Assembly (NCBI GenBank): GCA_002269645.1
Contig: NIVC01001750.1
Location: 1-64,000 of the forward strand
Reading direction: 5' to 3'
DNA from: Macrostomum lignano
Taxonomy: Eukaryota
DNA length: 64,000 nucleotides
Position numbers and translations under genes: made by a program
Shown here: positions 61,725 through 64,000 of the stretch, in pieces
Position numbering within the stretch: the first letter of the stretch is position 1
Layout: every line of letters begins with the position of its first letter
Notes under the pieces: model-generated
Database searches by the model: none
Seen by the model: only the letters and a program-made list of their open reading frames with translations
Told to the model about the DNA's origin: nothing

Positions 61725-63741
61725 ATTTTTGTTGCAAATATGCAATTGCTACCAACAGGCTAAACAGGACGCTTTTGACGTCACATTGATCGAAAACATG
61801 TGTGCATGTAGATGCACATGATGTACATCAATAGAGATCCAGTGAACTTTTTGAAAATTGGAATCACACAACGGTGTTGGTGTTTTGACCTTTAATGTCG
61901 TATTTTACAAAATATGACGGCTGATTCAAATAAATATTCATGAAGTGGAGACGGTGTCGCAATTTTAAATTCTTCTGTCAATGTATTTGTGTGCTTTATA
62001 TTTAAAAAATTACATTCGCAACGCAATTCGAAATTTGAATACTAGAGTGACATACTCGTATTTGCAGCCTGAAGCAATGCGTGATGCGCTTTTAAGTGCA
62101 CCATTTTAAACTATGTTTTTAGCATAGACAAGCATTTCGCTACCCATTAACACGCACGCGGGATGCGTGCTATTGTCCATAGACAAAAACATTAGTTTAA
62201 CGAGTTTTTTCGATAACCCAAATATTAATTATTAAATGATTAATTTTTAATTTATAATTATAAATTATAAACAACAACTACACTAGCATGAACATGAGGG
62301 GAAAATGTCTAAAGCCATGGTTTCTCTCGAAGAATTAGTCTTTTTGATAGATACGCCTTACTCAAACACAATGTTAATCAAATTGTTGTTGCCGTCAATG
62401 CTAACATGAATATTCTTGGTCGGACAGGCATCGATATGAACTGGCCGAGGAACCGGCTCGTCAATTGATTGTGGGGTGGCATTGCAAGTGGTGATCGTCA
62501 TCACTTGCGAGCAGACAGTAGAACTGATAGAGCCGCTCGCATTAGCAGAGAAAGACGCCTCATTGGACGGCATTGTGCTTGTGCTTGGAATATGCCGGCT
62601 TAGTGCACAGTTCACTGCCTTGGAACTACCGGCGCTCGCGTGTTATACCGATATCATGCATCCCGACTGCAGAAGAATATACCATTGACAGCACGTAGCT
62701 AATCACTGACAACAATGAAGCAAACTAATAAGGTATATTTTTATTTACTGCAGTAGCCAATACGTCATATCAAGTAGAAATCGTGCACAAAATAGCAGAT
62801 AAACAGTACGAATTCTGTTTTACGCGATGCTATTTTGATACCAGGAGTATTTTATCATTTACGTTTTAGCAGCGCTACTCCAAGTTTGACTGCTGTAAGC
62901 ATTATGTAAGCATTATTGACCGCCATTAGGCTTAATCCTATGTACATATGACATGAAACTGTTACACTTCTCTCTGATAGAATCAAACCAACGGTTGCAA
63001 GAAGGAGCCGATTTTGGTTTACTGGAAACTGGTTCAGACCTGCTTGCAGCACAGTTTGTTAAAACATGACTGAATTGACAGAGAGTGATCTTACTGAGAG
63101 AAATGAGAAACACAAAAAATACTTTTTAATAGCTAGGATCATATATCTTACATCTTTTCAAATAGAAAGTCATTTCCAATGGTAACAAATGCATCATACG
63201 ACCGTAGAACACTTGTCGAACTCAGTGTCGCTGGGAATTTTCTGGGAGTTAAAAATATTATTCTATGTTTTCGCTAGTATATTGAGAACTGTAACTCTAT
63301 TTCTGATCACTAAGTTTGCTGCGATTTGAATTCCTCCCTAGCAGAAGTATAGCTCTTATCAGCAGCTGTCGAAAATGCACTGCTCACGCCCACTGGCCGT
63401 TCAGCTTAGAAACTGCGATTCTGGTCTGATCTGCCAATTCAAGTGGATTTAAATTTCGACTATTTAAAAGCCAAATTCTTACTGTAATTAGGAGCGCGTA
63501 AGTCACAATAGTGAAAAAAGACGTTACTTTTGAGGTTGCTGCAGTATCGAGTCGAACTGAAGTTTGGTAAGCGCATTTTTAATGAATCAGTTGTTTCGTG
63601 GTGTCCATGTCAACCACCGTATGAGAGTAAAAAGCGTATGAGTCGACAGTTACGAGTATAAACGCGCGCAAATCTTTCGGTCGCTAATAAAATTTATAAA
63701 CAGTCCGTGTCTCTAAAAATACAATCTTTCATTTCAGAACA

Positions 63742-64000
63742 ATGTCGCCTTCCAGTTTCAAACTGGTGTCAAGCCTGCTGTTTCTCGGCCTCCTGTGCGT
63801 GTCAGTGTCCAAAGTCACTGCGAAATGTTCCAGCAAAATCTACACAGCCGACGATTGCCCGGAGTTTTCTAACGAAGGCGCCGAATATCTGGCCTACATG
63901 TGCAAAATTTGGAGATACCGCTGCCTAAGGAGAGGGAAATATGTGCTCGATGCCAGTTGCTCCGACTGCGTCCAGAGCGCCTACACAGCCTGCGATCGGG
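63742..64000 (+). CDS. Small secreted cysteine-rich protein, paralog 2 (partial, runs off window; absent from ORF track)
   Basis: Hand translation MSPSSFKLVSSLLFLGLLCVSVSKVTAKCSSKIYTADDCPEFSNEGAEYLAYMCKIWRYRCLRRGKYVLDASCSDCVQSAYTACDR; colinear with paralog 1; TTTCAG ending at 63737. Confidence 0.8.
   Translation, partial: MSPSSFKLVSSLLFLGLLCVSVSKVTAKCSSKIYTADDCPEFSNEGAEYLAYMCKIWRYRCLRRGKYVLDASCSDCVQSAYTACDR

Overview
Metazoan genomic DNA with spliced genes whose introns are packed with micro- and minisatellites (very roughly 40% of the window). The architecture and the TTAGGG repeat suggest a flatworm such as Macrostomum, which is inference only. Contents in order: (1) 5' part of an ARHGEF33-like RhoGEF on the minus strand; (2) four 4-exon core-1 beta-1,3-galactosyltransferase (C1GALT1/T-synthase-like, GT31) genes, A and B minus and nearly identical, C and D plus; (3) a near-intact APE-RT-RNaseH-CCHC non-LTR retrotransposon between B and C; (4) a PHLDB/LL5-like coiled-coil plus PH gene with 10 traced coding exons, whose introns hold a hAT-type MITE with 8-bp TSD, a long hairpin, an LTR-PBS-gag remnant and a short telomeric tract; (5) a tRNA-derived CORE-like SINE; (6) two tandem paralogs of an unrecognised small secreted cysteine-rich protein, the second running off the window end and missing from the ORF track. 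Most ORFs in the supplied track are repeat translations. No rRNA, tRNA or CRISPR array was seen. All exon models were parsed by eye from GT-AG sites and phase consistency, and family names come from remembered motifs, not database searches.
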